Of a stretch of 64,000 nucleotides of DNA, positions 1 to 10,644 are shown one piece after another. Source of the DNA: Candidatus Marinacidobacterales bacterium (GTDB taxonomy: Bacteria > Acidobacteriota > Vicinamibacteria > Marinacidobacterales > SMYC01); assembly GCA_965237955.1 (NCBI GenBank), contig OZ250169.1, positions 32,001 to 96,000 of the forward strand, written 5' to 3'. Numbering within the stretch: position 1 is the first letter of the stretch; the number at the start of each line of letters is the position of its first letter. The notes under the pieces were generated by a model that searched no databases, was not told the DNA's origin, and saw only the letters and a program-made list of their open reading frames with translations. Made by a program: the position numbers and the translations under genes.

Positions 1-390
1 TATGAGGCAATCGAGAATCACAGCGCTCATTGCTCGCCGAGGGTGCTGATACCGCCGCGCAAGGGCGCCCAGCTCGCATCGGGGCCGGCGAGCAGCCGAC
101 AGCGCAATCGCAACATTGCAGCACAAGCTCGGCTCGGCAAACGAAAGTGGCACACAGAATCGGGCTACAGCAAACGGAGCAAAGTCGAGACAACGTTCCA
201 TCGCTACAAGGCTATCGTGGGCTCAGCGATGCGAGCGAGAGGGTTGGCGGCACAGAGAGTCGAGGCAAGGATCGGGTGCAAGATTCTCAACACCATGACG
301 GCGCTCGGGATGCCTGATAGCGAGATGACCGGATGATGGGAGTCGGGGCCAAGCGAGCTCTCGGCCTCTATCGGAGTTGTGCACCAAGGC
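1..390 (+). mobile_element. IS5-family (IS903-like) element, right part: transposase C-terminus (ends 336) and right end
   Basis: ORF 43..336 has ...WHTESGYSKRSKVETTFHRYK...LNTMTALGMP, the typical IS903-group C-terminus. The end reads GCCTTGGTGCACAACTCC on the minus strand at ~373-390. The left part lies outside the window. Confidence 0.8.
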
Positions 391-635
391 AGTATTTCAT
401 CAACTACAACCTACCCAATGGCTGGTACCTGACCTCGGCGCCGATCCTCACGGCGAATTGGGAAGTGGACGACGATCGCTGGCTCGTGCCCTTCGGAGGA
501 GGCTTTGGAAAAATCTTTCGCATCGGACGCCAGCCTCTCAACGCAAGCGCCCAGGTGTTCTATAACGTGGAGACGCCCGAGGATGGACCGGACTGGGCTC
601 TCCGCCTCCAGCTCCAATTGCTCTTTCCAAAGTAA
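391..635 (+). pseudogene. C-terminal fragment of an outer-membrane beta-barrel/transporter protein (often annotated 'neuromedin U'-like), cut by the IS5
   Basis: YFINYNLPNGWYLTSAPILTANW...PFGGGFGKIF...WALRLQLQLLFPK starts abruptly at the IS end. Confidence 0.65.
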
Positions 636-749
636 AGGAAGGCCGATGTCCGTTGTCCATCGCACCAGAAGGATAAGGCTCACCAGAGTCAGACAGGACA
701 GACCTCTCCACATGCGCGAATGGAGGCTCATGGCACTCGCCCTGGTGAA

Positions 750-1955
750 CTAGGTCGCCGTTTTCTTCTCTAAAACGAACTTCTGGAGGCGCCGTCCCGT
801 GTTCACTTCGCCGGTGTAGATGTTGCCGTGTGAGTCCACTGCTATTTTGTGCACCCAATGGAACTGACCGGCGGAGCGGCCGCGGCGTCCGAACGAACCG
901 AGAATCTCCAGGTCTTCTCGTCGCAGGATCCAGACTCGCTGGTTGACTCCATCGGCGTTATAGAGAAACGTCTGCTTCTCATCTGGTGAAAAATCCACAT
1001 CCCACGCCGATCCGCGTCCGAACGTGGTGTCCTTAGCGATAATAACCTCTTTCACGAAGGTGCCGTCTTTTTGGAAGACCTGAATACGGTTGTTGACGCG
1101 ATCCGCCACATACACGAGCCCGTCGTTCGCGATCCGAACCGAGTGCACGACGGGAAAGAACTGCTGTGAGGGGGGAGCGCTCGGATCGTAGGGGCCGAGA
1201 TCGGTATCGTCCGGAGTGTTTCCGTACGCTCCCCAGTGCCGCTTGTACTCCCCCGTATCCGCGTCGAAAACGATCACGCGCCTGTTCAGATAGCCGTCGG
1301 TCACGTAGACTTCGTTCGTCTCGGGATCGACTTCCATGTCCGCGGGGTGTCCCAGAAACTCCGTATGGTTGCTTCCACCGGTCCTTCCAGCTTGCCCGAT
1401 CTGGAGAAGGAAAGTGCCATCACGGCTGAACTTCAGCACCTGGTGGTCTACGCACAGCGGCTCGTCGTCCCCGTGTAGGCTGTGGCCTTGTCCGGTCTCC
1501 GGGTCGCGTGAGCCTTCCCCGGCTACCCAGACGTTGCCCTGGTAATCGATCGCGAGTCCGTGCTCGATACCGGGCCAGTCGTAGCCGGACCCGGGACCAC
1601 CCCATGACTGAAGGAGATTCCCCTCCGCATCGAACTCCAGGATCGGTGGAGCCGGCATACAACAAATCGAGATGGGCGGAGACTGCGCCGCGCCCAGCTC
1701 GCCCACACCCAGGGTCCCCGGACGCTGAAGGACCAAGATGTGATCGCGCGAGTCGACGGCTATTCCGGCAATCTCTCCCACAAGCCAGTTGTTGGGCAGC
1801 GGCTTCGGCCAGAAGGGATCGACTCTGAACTGCGGTGTGCTCGTCCCCTCATCACCGGCAGTCGTCGCCTCCTCCATCGCCGCCTGTCCGCATCCCATGG
1901 CCACTACGCATAGTACAGTTGCTGCCGCTCGATAAAGAGCTTGCGCGAATTTCAT
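750..1955 (-). CDS. NHL-repeat beta-propeller lipoprotein (PAL/peptidyl-alpha-hydroxyglycine lyase-like), copy A
   Basis: Lipobox AMGC, RBS AGGAGG, repeated NHL motifs (IAVDSRDH, VYVADRVNNRIQVF, IAVDSHGNIY). Confidence 0.85.
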   Translation of the reverse strand: MKFAQALYRAAATVLCVVAMGCGQAAMEEATTAGDEGTSTPQFRVDPFWPKPLPNNWLVGEIAGIAVDSRDHILVLQRPGTLGVGELGAAQSPPISICCMPAPPILEFDAEGNLLQSWGGPGSGYDWPGIEHGLAIDYQGNVWVAGEGSRDPETGQGHSLHGDDEPLCVDHQVLKFSRDGTFLLQIGQAGRTGGSNHTEFLGHPADMEVDPETNEVYVTDGYLNRRVIVFDADTGEYKRHWGAYGNTPDDTDLGPYDPSAPPSQQFFPVVHSVRIANDGLVYVADRVNNRIQVFQKDGTFVKEVIIAKDTTFGRGSAWDVDFSPDEKQTFLYNADGVNQRVWILRREDLEILGSFGRRGRSAGQFHWVHKIAVDSHGNIYTGEVNTGRRLQKFVLEKKTAT

Positions 1956-2358
1956 GATTCCCTCCTGATAAAATGATCGGGCCATTCATCCCCGGCTCGG
2001 CCCCATTGCCGGCTGATGGTATGCGAGAAGAAGGCTCCAGGCAAGCGCCTGTCACGCCGGTCGGCGAGCAATCCGACCCGCCGTGCGCCACGACTCTATG
2101 TTCGCCCATCGCGCCCACCTCGGTGCCGATGCGGCAAGACTCGTGCGTCCAAAACACCCCGCCCGCCGCCATAAAGCTCCTATCTTCGACCACGTCTGAG
2201 CAAGCCATCGCTGACAATCCCGATGCCACTCCCGTCTTCGAACCCAGCATTCCGTCTCGCAAAACCACGTATTTCCGGATTATACTTCCTACCGATCAAA
2301 TGGCCATCGGTGTTGAATTCTTGGGTTCAATCGAAAAACAAAGAAGGGATGGATCGAC

Positions 2359-3252
2359 ATGCTGACTGCGGAGACACTTCGAGGGATTTACTCGGCTATC
2401 GTCACGCCGTTCAAGAGCGACCAGAGCATCGACGAGCAAGCCCTTCGTAAGCAAACGGAATACGTGATCGAGAATGGCTGCCACGCGATTATGTCAACCG
2501 CCGGAACGGGTGAATTTCCGCACATGAGCCGCGAGGAACGGAAGGAAGTTACGGCCATCATCGTTGATCAGACGGGCGGTCGGATTCCGATCATTGCGGG
2601 AACGGCCGGGTGCAGTACCCACGAGGCCATCTGCCTAGCCCAGGACGCCCAGGAGGTTGGCGCCTCGGCCGCCATCCTGACCCCGACCTATTACTTCAAG
2701 ATCCCCGCATCTGGCTTGAAGCAACATTTTTCCGACGTGGCCAGAGCGCTCGACATTCCGGTGGTAATCTACAACAACCCGCTTTATACCGGAAATCCCA
2801 TGTCCCCCCAGCTTATGGCGGACATCATGCAGCATCCGAACATTATTGGGGGAAAGCTCAGTCAGGACGACATGGGTCAACTTGTCGAGACTATCCGCTT
2901 GACGTCTGGTCAGGTTTCCGTGAATACGGGAATCGATAGCCAGTTCTATCCGGCCCTGTGCGTGGGTTCGCGGGGCATCTTTTCGACCGCCTCGTGCGTG
3001 ATCCCTCAAGCGATGGTGGATATTTACGATCACTTCAGGGCGGGACGACATGAGGAAGCGCGCGAGCTCCACATGAAGGTGCAAGTGCTCAACCGTTTCC
3101 TCGAATACGACCCTGGTTATGTGGCCCCCGCCAAAGAAGCCCTGGAGATGCTAGGCATTCCTTGCGGCGCTCCTCGTAAACCCCTTCCCAATCTCACCCC
3201 GGAAGAGCGGGAGGGCGTGAAGAACGCACTCAAGGAACTCGGGATGCTATAA
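2359..3252 (+). CDS. Dihydrodipicolinate synthase (DapA/NanA)-family aldolase
   Basis: GIYSAIVTPF, GTGEF, IYNNP (catalytic Tyr), IIGGKLS (Schiff-base Lys); 297 aa. Confidence 0.9.
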   Translation: MLTAETLRGIYSAIVTPFKSDQSIDEQALRKQTEYVIENGCHAIMSTAGTGEFPHMSREERKEVTAIIVDQTGGRIPIIAGTAGCSTHEAICLAQDAQEVGASAAILTPTYYFKIPASGLKQHFSDVARALDIPVVIYNNPLYTGNPMSPQLMADIMQHPNIIGGKLSQDDMGQLVETIRLTSGQVSVNTGIDSQFYPALCVGSRGIFSTASCVIPQAMVDIYDHFRAGRHEEARELHMKVQVLNRFLEYDPGYVAPAKEALEMLGIPCGAPRKPLPNLTPEEREGVKNALKELGML

Positions 3253-3287
3253 CACGGCTGCCAGTGCGCCAGTTGGAGGAGAGATCC

Positions 3288-4870
3288 CATGCGCGGAGCC
3301 GATGTGCTCCTTTGAGGACGGTGCCGCCATCACACTCGATCGTGCCTCACGCATCGCCGAGGCTGTGGCGGTGCGTGATGGGGAGGTGCCCCCACCATAG
3401 TTGAAGGTTCGAGGTGGTGGCGGCTCCTGACACATGGTTTACCCGACTTTGGCGTGCTTGTCGAGCGCTTGATTCTCAGTGACCTCCGCTAACTTCGCTT
3501 CGAGGATCGGTAGCGATTGGTATCCAATGATACGACGGAAATTTTTCTCCGTGGCGAGCAGAGCCGAAGCGGCCCATCTCAGAACCATCTTGCCATTGCG
3601 CCAGCGGGTGACGCGAACGGGTACGACCTCGCGCACCGCTGAAGCACGACTCGATGATGTTCGTCGATCCAAGGCAGCGTTTCAGAGATGCGGGGAGGTC
3701 GAGCTCGTTGATGGTGAACATCTCGTCGAGCCCCTCCCGGATGCTCTCCGCCGCCGAGGGGTAGTCGTCCTCGAGCCACTTCGCCTGTTGCTCCAACCGC
3801 GCTTTGCCCTTCTTTGCTGGGAGCTGCCAGGCCGAACGCAGGCTCGCTTGCACTTGCGGCTTCAGCTCCTGCGGCAGATAACCGAGCACATTGCGCTCCT
3901 TGTGCTTCCTGCAACGCTGGACCTTGTTGTGGGTACCGAACACAGCGTCGACGGCGACCCGTAGCGCCTTGGAGCCATCGATCACGAACAGCCGACACCG
4001 CTCTGGGCTCAGGCCTCGTTCGACCAGGTCCTCCAGCAGCGCCTTGCACACTATCTGGTTCTCCGATGCTCCATCCCGAAGCCCCAGAACATGCTTGTAT
4101 CCCTCTGTATCTACGCCGATTGCCGCCAGCGCGTGGTGCTCGCCGAAGCGAATCCCGTCCAGGTACACGACCGCGATCTCCAGCTCGTCCAGCGGACGCT
4201 CCATCAGCCCCTGCAACTGCTCCGCGCTTGCTTCCACGAACTCACGGCTCACCTCGCTCTTGCTAACCCCTACCGTCTCCGCCATCTCGGGAAGAACCGA
4301 CGCGTACTTGCGCGTCGACACACCCAGCATCAGGATTTCCCAGATGCGTTGGCTCAGCCGAGACGAGTTGTTCACCGCTTCGTAGGCAGGAATCGCAACC
4401 TCCCCTCCCTCTGCCTTTCCCTTACGCCGCAGACGTGGCCGGCTCACTCTCAACTTCCGCTCCGCAAGGCTTACTACGCCACCCTGCCGGCCGTGCCAGC
4501 GAACATCGCTACCCTTCTTCCCCAGGTGTTTCTCCCCAGCCACACTTTGGGCTGACAGATCCAAGACCGCTTCGATCGTCGCTCGGCCAGCAACGTCGAT
4601 CACTTCGTCGATCGCTATCTCGGTTCGCTCAATCGCATCCAAGAACGGCAACAGAGCTTGCCCCTTCGAGCTCAGTATCTCTCGAAGCTTCTTCCTGTTC
4701 TTCGCATCGATGATTTGGTAATTTGACATCGTGGTGGCTCCTTTCTTTTTCCTTCACAGCCGGATTCTATCGAACCCGGCCTTAGGAGCCGCCACTCCTA
4801 ACCTTCAACTATCTCAGGGGCATCTCCCGTGATGGGCGCATCCTTGCGGTGGGCCCAGCGGCGCTTCGTC
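3288..4870 (+). pseudogene. N-terminal remnant of a YtcJ-like amidohydrolase, split by IS256
   Basis: Joining across the IS gives ...AITLDRASRIAEAVAVRDG|RILAVG, the usual amidohydrolase beta-sandwich start. It is frameshifted and truncated. Confidence 0.55.
3382..4827 (-). mobile_element. IS256-family insertion sequence (transposase 3439..4729, frameshifted near 3620)
   Basis: IRs GGAGGTGCCCCCACCATAGTTGAAGGTT / GGAGATGCCCCTGAGATAGTTGAAGGTT; 8-bp TSD CGTGATGG (3374-3381, 4828-4835); YLDG, VIDG, QRCRKH and STNIIES motifs. Confidence 0.92.
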
Positions 4871-4914
4871 AGGCACTCATTGCTTATCCCTGATTCCTTA
4901 TGCCCTATTAGGAG

Positions 4915-6321
4915 GTGAACATGGCGCCCGAAGACGTGGCTTTTTCGAGTGTGACCCAGCTGGCACCCCAGGTCCGATCCAGAAAAGTGTCGCCGGTTGA
5001 GCTAACTCAGCTCTACCTCAACCGGATCAAGCGGTTAGATCCTCAACTGCTGGCGGTCATCACCCTGACCGAAGAGCTCGCCCTTCGTGAGGCGCGGCAA
5101 GCAGAACAGGAGATAGCCAGCGGTCACTACCGAGGACCACTCCATGGCATTCCGTACGGAGTGAAGGATTTGCTGGACACCAAGGGTATCCGCACCACCT
5201 GGGGGATCAAACACCACGAAAACCGTGTGCCCGTCGAGGACGCCACAGTGGTCACCAAGCTTCGCCAGGCGGGCGCCGTTCTGATCGCCAAGCTGACGAT
5301 GGGCGAGCTGGCTCGAGGAGCACGATGGTACGGAGGTACGACCCGCTGTCCCTGGGACACCACGCGCTCCAGTGGCGGTTCCTCAGCGGGACCGGGCGCT
5401 GCCACGGCGGCGGGGGCGGTAGGTTTTTCCATTGGTAGTGAGACCTTCGGCTCGCTTCTGGGCCCGTCGGCAGCCTGTGGCGTCACTGGCCTCCGGCCCA
5501 CCTATGGCCGGGTGAGCCGGGCGGGGGCGATGGCGCTCTCCTGGAGCATCGACAAGCTCGGTCCAATGTGTCGCAGCGTTGAAGATTGCATGACCGTTTT
5601 CGAGGCGATTCGCGGATCGGACCCGAGAGACCTTTGCGCCATCGATATGCCGCATCAATGGGATCCCAGCGTGCCCATCGACAATCTTCGCGTGGGTGTC
5701 GTCGAGCAGGAGTTCCAAGCCCTGGGCGGCGAGAAAGAAACCGTCATGAGCCAGGCGCTCGAGGACATTGAGAAGCTGGGCGTGAGGCTAAAACCGATCC
5801 AGCTTCCTGACTATCCCTATCAGGAGGTTTTTCAGATGGTAAGGGGGGCCGAGGCGGCGGTATTCTTTGAGGACCTCATTCTCGAAGATCACCTCGACTC
5901 GCTCAGTGATGATGCCCCCAGGGCATGGAAGAACCTGCTGCCGATAGCTCGACTAACTCCGGCAGTGCACTATCTCAAAGCCCAACAACTTCGCACTCTG
6001 ATGCAGGCGGATGCCAATCGGCTCATGCAAGAGGTCGACGTGTGGCTCGCACCGGCGGGCGGGCCGGCCCGTCTCGTCGAGCGGCCGCGCCCGGAATCGC
6101 CGGCCGCCAGGCCGTCGGCCCCACCGCGGGCGCCGGCGAAAACACTTCCGTTGACGAACCTCACCGGACAACCGGCCATCTGCGTCACGGCGGGTTTCGT
6201 GGGGGAACTTCCAGTGGGAATTCAATTTGTAGGCCGCAACTTTGATGAAGCGACGCCTTGTAGGCTTGCTCTGGCGTATCAGGAAGCCACCGGGTGGCAC
6301 CAGCACCATCCTAATTTGTAG
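4915..6321 (+). CDS. Amidase-signature family protein (GatA-like amidase)
   Basis: GPLHGIPYGVKD, GGSSAG, GSETFGS, CGVTGLRPTYGRVSR. Confidence 0.92.
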   Translation: MNMAPEDVAFSSVTQLAPQVRSRKVSPVELTQLYLNRIKRLDPQLLAVITLTEELALREARQAEQEIASGHYRGPLHGIPYGVKDLLDTKGIRTTWGIKHHENRVPVEDATVVTKLRQAGAVLIAKLTMGELARGARWYGGTTRCPWDTTRSSGGSSAGPGAATAAGAVGFSIGSETFGSLLGPSAACGVTGLRPTYGRVSRAGAMALSWSIDKLGPMCRSVEDCMTVFEAIRGSDPRDLCAIDMPHQWDPSVPIDNLRVGVVEQEFQALGGEKETVMSQALEDIEKLGVRLKPIQLPDYPYQEVFQMVRGAEAAVFFEDLILEDHLDSLSDDAPRAWKNLLPIARLTPAVHYLKAQQLRTLMQADANRLMQEVDVWLAPAGGPARLVERPRPESPAARPSAPPRAPAKTLPLTNLTGQPAICVTAGFVGELPVGIQFVGRNFDEATPCRLALAYQEATGWHQHHPNL

Positions 6322-6351
6322 CCAATACAATAGAAAGGAAGGGTAGACGAG

Positions 6352-6630
6352 ATGAGTCAGGTAGGACGACGAGCTTTTACCGCGGCCCTAGGGAGCCTCA
6401 TGTTGTCTCCGGCTCTGCTTGAGTCCGCCACCCAGGAGATCCGGGATACCGGAGCGATCTCAAGAGAAACCACGGCCGCGATCCTCAAGCTAACCGGCGA
6501 CACGTTCACTGAGGAGCAGATGAACCGCACCCGCGGAGCGCTGGAGTTGCTGATCCGGGATTTCGAGGCGCTCCGGCAGTTCAAAATGCCGCCGGGCGTC
6601 GAGCCTGCAACTTGCTTTCGGGGGCGCTGA
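6352..6630 (+). CDS. Small Tat-signal protein, GatC-like putative amidase partner
   Basis: RBS GGAAGGG, N-terminal GRRAF twin-arginine motif, helical body, C-terminal VEPATCF motif. Confidence 0.65.
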   Translation: MSQVGRRAFTAALGSLMLSPALLESATQEIRDTGAISRETTAAILKLTGDTFTEEQMNRTRGALELLIRDFEALRQFKMPPGVEPATCFRGR

Positions 6631-6890
6631 ACCGATCTCGGCGGTCGACATTCTGTTCACTCCTTGGGATCCTCCACCACCCGGGTCGTGAACCTTGCCA
6701 TTGGGGGTTCGTGGGGAGCAGCAATGTCGCTCACGGGCTAGTTCTCGGGATTCGTGGTTTTTTTTTTGCCACTCCTATAGACTCATGCCAGGAGTTCAGA
6801 ATCCTCTACCCGTCATCGGGAGCGGCAGGTGTTTTTTTCTTGACATCGCCATTCATAGAAGGGGAGAGAGAGAACTTGTGGGAGATCAAG

Positions 6891-8147
6891 ATGACCGATC
6901 AAAGCCAACCGTTATCGATGCCGCCTGCCATGAAGTGGAGTCGGCGGCAGTTCTTCGGCGCCGGGCTCATGGGAGGCCTCTTTGGCTGCGCGCCCAACCG
7001 GGCTGACGTACCGGGCAACCTAGATAGTCGCCTGAACGGGGACAACATCTACACGCGGCTCCTGGGGGTCTATCCCCACTTGCCCTGTCACGACAACCAT
7101 ACCCGCATGGGGGGCTCTCGAATGCCCGCCGAGGTTATCGAAGCCATCGCGGAAGCCAACCGGTACTTCGTGGACATGTCCGACCTGAACATGGCCGCCG
7201 GTAAGAGGATCGCGGAAGTCGTCCATGCCGAGGCGGCGATGGTCACGTGCGGCGCTTTCTCGTCGATGGTCCTGGGAGCGGCGGCCTGCCTCACAGGGAC
7301 GGACTTGGAGAAGATGAAGGCACTACCGCAACCAACCTGGCCGAAGGTGGAGTGTCTCACCCAGAAGGCGCACCGGTTCCATTATGACCGCGCCTATCTC
7401 GCCGCGGGCATGACCGTCGTGGACGTGGAGACACGGGAGCAGTTCCGAAATGCAGTGAACGATAAGACGGCAATGATTCATGTCCTGGCCCGACTAGAGC
7501 ACGAAAGAGCCGACGAGCCCGACGTCATGAAGCCGCACGAATTTCTGGAGATCGGAAAGCGGGCAGGCGTTCCGGTTCTGATCGATGCGGCTTCGGAGCT
7601 TCCTCCCGCCGGCAACTTGACCCGCTACGGAGAGATGGGACCGGATTTGCTCGTGTTTAGCGGTGGAAAGGGGATTCGCGGGCCTCAGTCGACAGGGATT
7701 CTCGCCGGCAGAAAGGATCTCATCGAGGCGGCGATGATGCAGGCCTCACCCAATCGCAACCTGGGACGCGGGATGAAGGTAGGCAAGGAGGAGATCATCG
7801 GCCTCATCGTGGCTTTAAACCGGTACGAGCGGCTCGATCACAAGGCCCTCGAGGCGGAATGGGCCCGAAAAGCTCGCTACATGGCCGGGGAGTTGAGCGA
7901 CGTCAAGGGCCTCACGGCGGAGGTCAGGATAAACACCAAGAGATTCGCGGAGCTAGAACTCACCTGGGACGAGCAAGTCATCCCGCTCAGCCCGGAAGAA
8001 GCTCGCGACAAGCTGAACAACGGCCGGCCGCGGATAGTCATGTTCGAAACCACGGTCCCAACCCGCTGCATGGATGACGGCGAAGAGATCCTGGCCGCCC
8101 AGCTCTTGAAGCAGCTCTTCCAGGAAGGGGCGGTAGGGGTAAGCTAA
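6891..8147 (+). CDS. SelA/DgaE-like PLP-dependent enzyme with Tat (lipo)protein signal
   Basis: SRRQFF and LFGC; TRMGGS, IDAASE, FSGGKGIRGPQSTG (PLP lysine), GRGMKVGKEEI. Confidence 0.85.
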   Translation: MTDQSQPLSMPPAMKWSRRQFFGAGLMGGLFGCAPNRADVPGNLDSRLNGDNIYTRLLGVYPHLPCHDNHTRMGGSRMPAEVIEAIAEANRYFVDMSDLNMAAGKRIAEVVHAEAAMVTCGAFSSMVLGAAACLTGTDLEKMKALPQPTWPKVECLTQKAHRFHYDRAYLAAGMTVVDVETREQFRNAVNDKTAMIHVLARLEHERADEPDVMKPHEFLEIGKRAGVPVLIDAASELPPAGNLTRYGEMGPDLLVFSGGKGIRGPQSTGILAGRKDLIEAAMMQASPNRNLGRGMKVGKEEIIGLIVALNRYERLDHKALEAEWARKARYMAGELSDVKGLTAEVRINTKRFAELELTWDEQVIPLSPEEARDKLNNGRPRIVMFETTVPTRCMDDGEEILAAQLLKQLFQEGAVGVS

Positions 8148-8194
8148 CGAGCTTCGGTTGGTTGATCCGTAAGTACAACGTAAGGAGCACAAGA

Positions 8195-9658
8195 ATGAAG
8201 ACTGTATTTCTTTCGGTCTTATCAATAGTTGTTTCCGCGCTTGGACGCACAACGCTCCTGACGGCAATGCTCAGCATCGCCGGCGGACCGCTACTGGCAC
8301 AAGGCAAGGAGCCACTCACCGACCGCTATCGAGAGGCTGCCGGCCGGATTCTCGGTACAGCGCTTCAAGATGTGGAAGGCTGGGAGAAACTCACGTACCT
8401 CACGACCGAGATAGGCCACCGGCTGAGTGGCTCGTCCGGACTGGAGAGAGCCATCGAGTGGGCGCATGCCCGGATGAAAGTAGAGGGGCTTCAGAACGTG
8501 CGGCTCCAACCGGTCAAGGTCCCTCACTGGGTGCGCGGGAAGGAGTACGCCGAGGTCGTGTCACCGGTCGAGAAACCGCTCGGGATACTGGGGCTCGGAG
8601 GAAGCGTGGGGACTCCGCCGGAGGGGATCACCGCCCTGATCGTGGTGGTGCGAAGCTTCGACGAGCTCGAGGCGCTTGGCCGGGAGAAGGTGGAAGGGAA
8701 GATCCTGCTCTATGCCCCACCGTGGATGGACTATTCGCGTAATGTAGCGTACCGCCGTGCGGGCGCTTCACGAGCGGCGAAACTGGGAGCGGTTGCGGCT
8801 CTCGTCCGCTCGGTGACTGATCGGAGCCTCTACACTCCCCATACCGGCTCCATGCAATACGAGGATGATATCCCCCAGATTCCCGCCGCCGCGGTAACGG
8901 TCGAGGACATGGGTTGGATGCACCGGATGACGAAAGCCGGGCACGAGGTCGAGGTCAAGCTCTATATGGAAGCCAAGAACTTACCCGAAGCAGACTCCGC
9001 CAATGTGATCGCGGAGATAATAGGAAGCGAAAAGCCGGAAGAGATTGTTGTGATGGGCGGACACTTCGACTCATGGGACGTGGGCCAAGGTGCCCACGAC
9101 GACGGCGCGGCCTGTATTGCCGCCTGGCAGGCTCTCAAGATCTTGAAGGATGTCGGACTGCGCCCCCGCCGAACGTTGCGGGTCGTGCTTTGGACGAACG
9201 AGGAGAATGGGCTCGGGGGCGGTCGAGCCTACCGCGAGTCCGTTGGAGACGACATCGGCAATCACGTCGCTGCCATCGAGATGGATGGCGGAGTCGAAAA
9301 ACCCATTGGATTCGGCTTCGGCCTCGAAGGCGTCGACCGCGATGACACCAGCAATCCGCCCTACGAGGTCGCTTTCGAAAAGCTCCGACAGATCGGCCGC
9401 TTGCTAGACGGTATCGATGCCGGCGAAATCCAGCGCGGAGGAGGGGGAGCGGACATCGGCCCTCTCATGCGAGATGGGGTTCCCGGGCTATCGGCGCGAA
9501 ATGTGCACGACCACTACCGGGACTGGCATCACACGCACGCCGACACGCTCGACAAGGTGGATCCTCAGGACTTCCGTCAGTCCATTGCCCTGCTGGCCGT
9601 CATGGGGTATGTGCTGGCCGACATGCCCGGCCGGCTGGTTCCTATTGGGGGCAAGTAA
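8195..9658 (+). CDS. M28-family peptidase (carboxypeptidase Q/PGCP-like) with PA domain
   Basis: IGHRLSGS, GGHFDSWDVGQGAHDD, TNEENG, HHTHADT; signal peptide. Confidence 0.92.
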   Translation: MKTVFLSVLSIVVSALGRTTLLTAMLSIAGGPLLAQGKEPLTDRYREAAGRILGTALQDVEGWEKLTYLTTEIGHRLSGSSGLERAIEWAHARMKVEGLQNVRLQPVKVPHWVRGKEYAEVVSPVEKPLGILGLGGSVGTPPEGITALIVVVRSFDELEALGREKVEGKILLYAPPWMDYSRNVAYRRAGASRAAKLGAVAALVRSVTDRSLYTPHTGSMQYEDDIPQIPAAAVTVEDMGWMHRMTKAGHEVEVKLYMEAKNLPEADSANVIAEIIGSEKPEEIVVMGGHFDSWDVGQGAHDDGAACIAAWQALKILKDVGLRPRRTLRVVLWTNEENGLGGGRAYRESVGDDIGNHVAAIEMDGGVEKPIGFGFGLEGVDRDDTSNPPYEVAFEKLRQIGRLLDGIDAGEIQRGGGGADIGPLMRDGVPGLSARNVHDHYRDWHHTHADTLDKVDPQDFRQSIALLAVMGYVLADMPGRLVPIGGK

Positions 9659-9704
9659 GTAAAGCACGTCTCCCGTGTTGGACAGTCCCATAGTTGCTGT
9701 TTAC

Positions 9705-9733
9705 TTGACACGGGTAAAGCACGAGCATACAGT
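9705..9733 (+). promoter_or_regulatory. Sigma-70-type promoter upstream of the creatininase-like gene
   Basis: TTGACA-N17-TACAGT, 60 bp before the ATG at 9793. Confidence 0.55.
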
Positions 9734-9792
9734 ACCGCATTGTTCGAATCCTTCATGGAAGAATCGAATCATAAGAACGTGAGGTCAGTGCG

Positions 9793-10551
9793 ATGAGGCC
9801 TTTAGTGTTGATGTCGGTGGTCCTGCTAGCTCCCGCGATGGGGTTCAGCCAGACAAAGTCTGTGATGATTGAAGATCTAACTACCAATGAAGTGGCCGAT
9901 CGCATCGCGGGTGGCGAGACAACGGCAATCTACTATGTCGGCGGAGCTCACGAGAACGGCGAAGTGGTGGCGATCGGGAAACACAACTTCCTGGTAACGC
10001 ACATGGCGCGACGCGTCGCCGAAGAATTGGGTAATGCTCTCGTGTATCCCATTAACCCGTATGCCCCAGCGGGAGACCCCGTCAAAAGAACTGGGGAAAT
10101 GAGGTTCCCGGGAACAACTTCGCTCAGCGAGGAAACATTTGCCGCAGTTTCGAAAGCTATTGCGTATAGCGCGATAGCCGCAGGATTTAAGCATGTGGCA
10201 CTCATGGGCGACCACTATGGTGGTCAGGACTCGCTTAGGAAAATCGCATTGGAACTGGACGCCGAGTGGTCGTCCAAAGGCGTTCGGGTCTTCTACGTTC
10301 CCGTCTATGACGAGGGCGAAGGACAAATGAAGGAGCATCTTGCGCGATTGAACGTACCGCCCGAGCGCCGAACCCCGATTGATGACGCCTCAGAGGTCAT
10401 GGCCATCGACGCCGAGAACAGGTGGGTCCGTAAAGATCGAATCCCACCGGAGGATGCGAAGATCGCTTCCGCTGAGCTCGGAAGGACCTTCATCGAGAAC
10501 AAAGTCAGAAGCGCTGTAGCTCATATTCGTAAGCAAGTCGAAGCGCCTTGA
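9793..10551 (+). CDS. Creatininase/creatinine amidohydrolase-family protein, exported
   Basis: IEDLTTNEV, GGAHENG, FPGTTSL, MGDHYG; signal peptide. Confidence 0.85.
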   Translation: MRPLVLMSVVLLAPAMGFSQTKSVMIEDLTTNEVADRIAGGETTAIYYVGGAHENGEVVAIGKHNFLVTHMARRVAEELGNALVYPINPYAPAGDPVKRTGEMRFPGTTSLSEETFAAVSKAIAYSAIAAGFKHVALMGDHYGGQDSLRKIALELDAEWSSKGVRVFYVPVYDEGEGQMKEHLARLNVPPERRTPIDDASEVMAIDAENRWVRKDRIPPEDAKIASAELGRTFIENKVRSAVAHIRKQVEAP

Positions 10552-10644
10552 GACAGCTGTTATCATGCCATGCGCTCCGTATCCTGGGGCGGTCGCAACG
10601 CCGATGGTAAGATTCAAGAAACGAAACAGTCGGGAGAATCGCTC

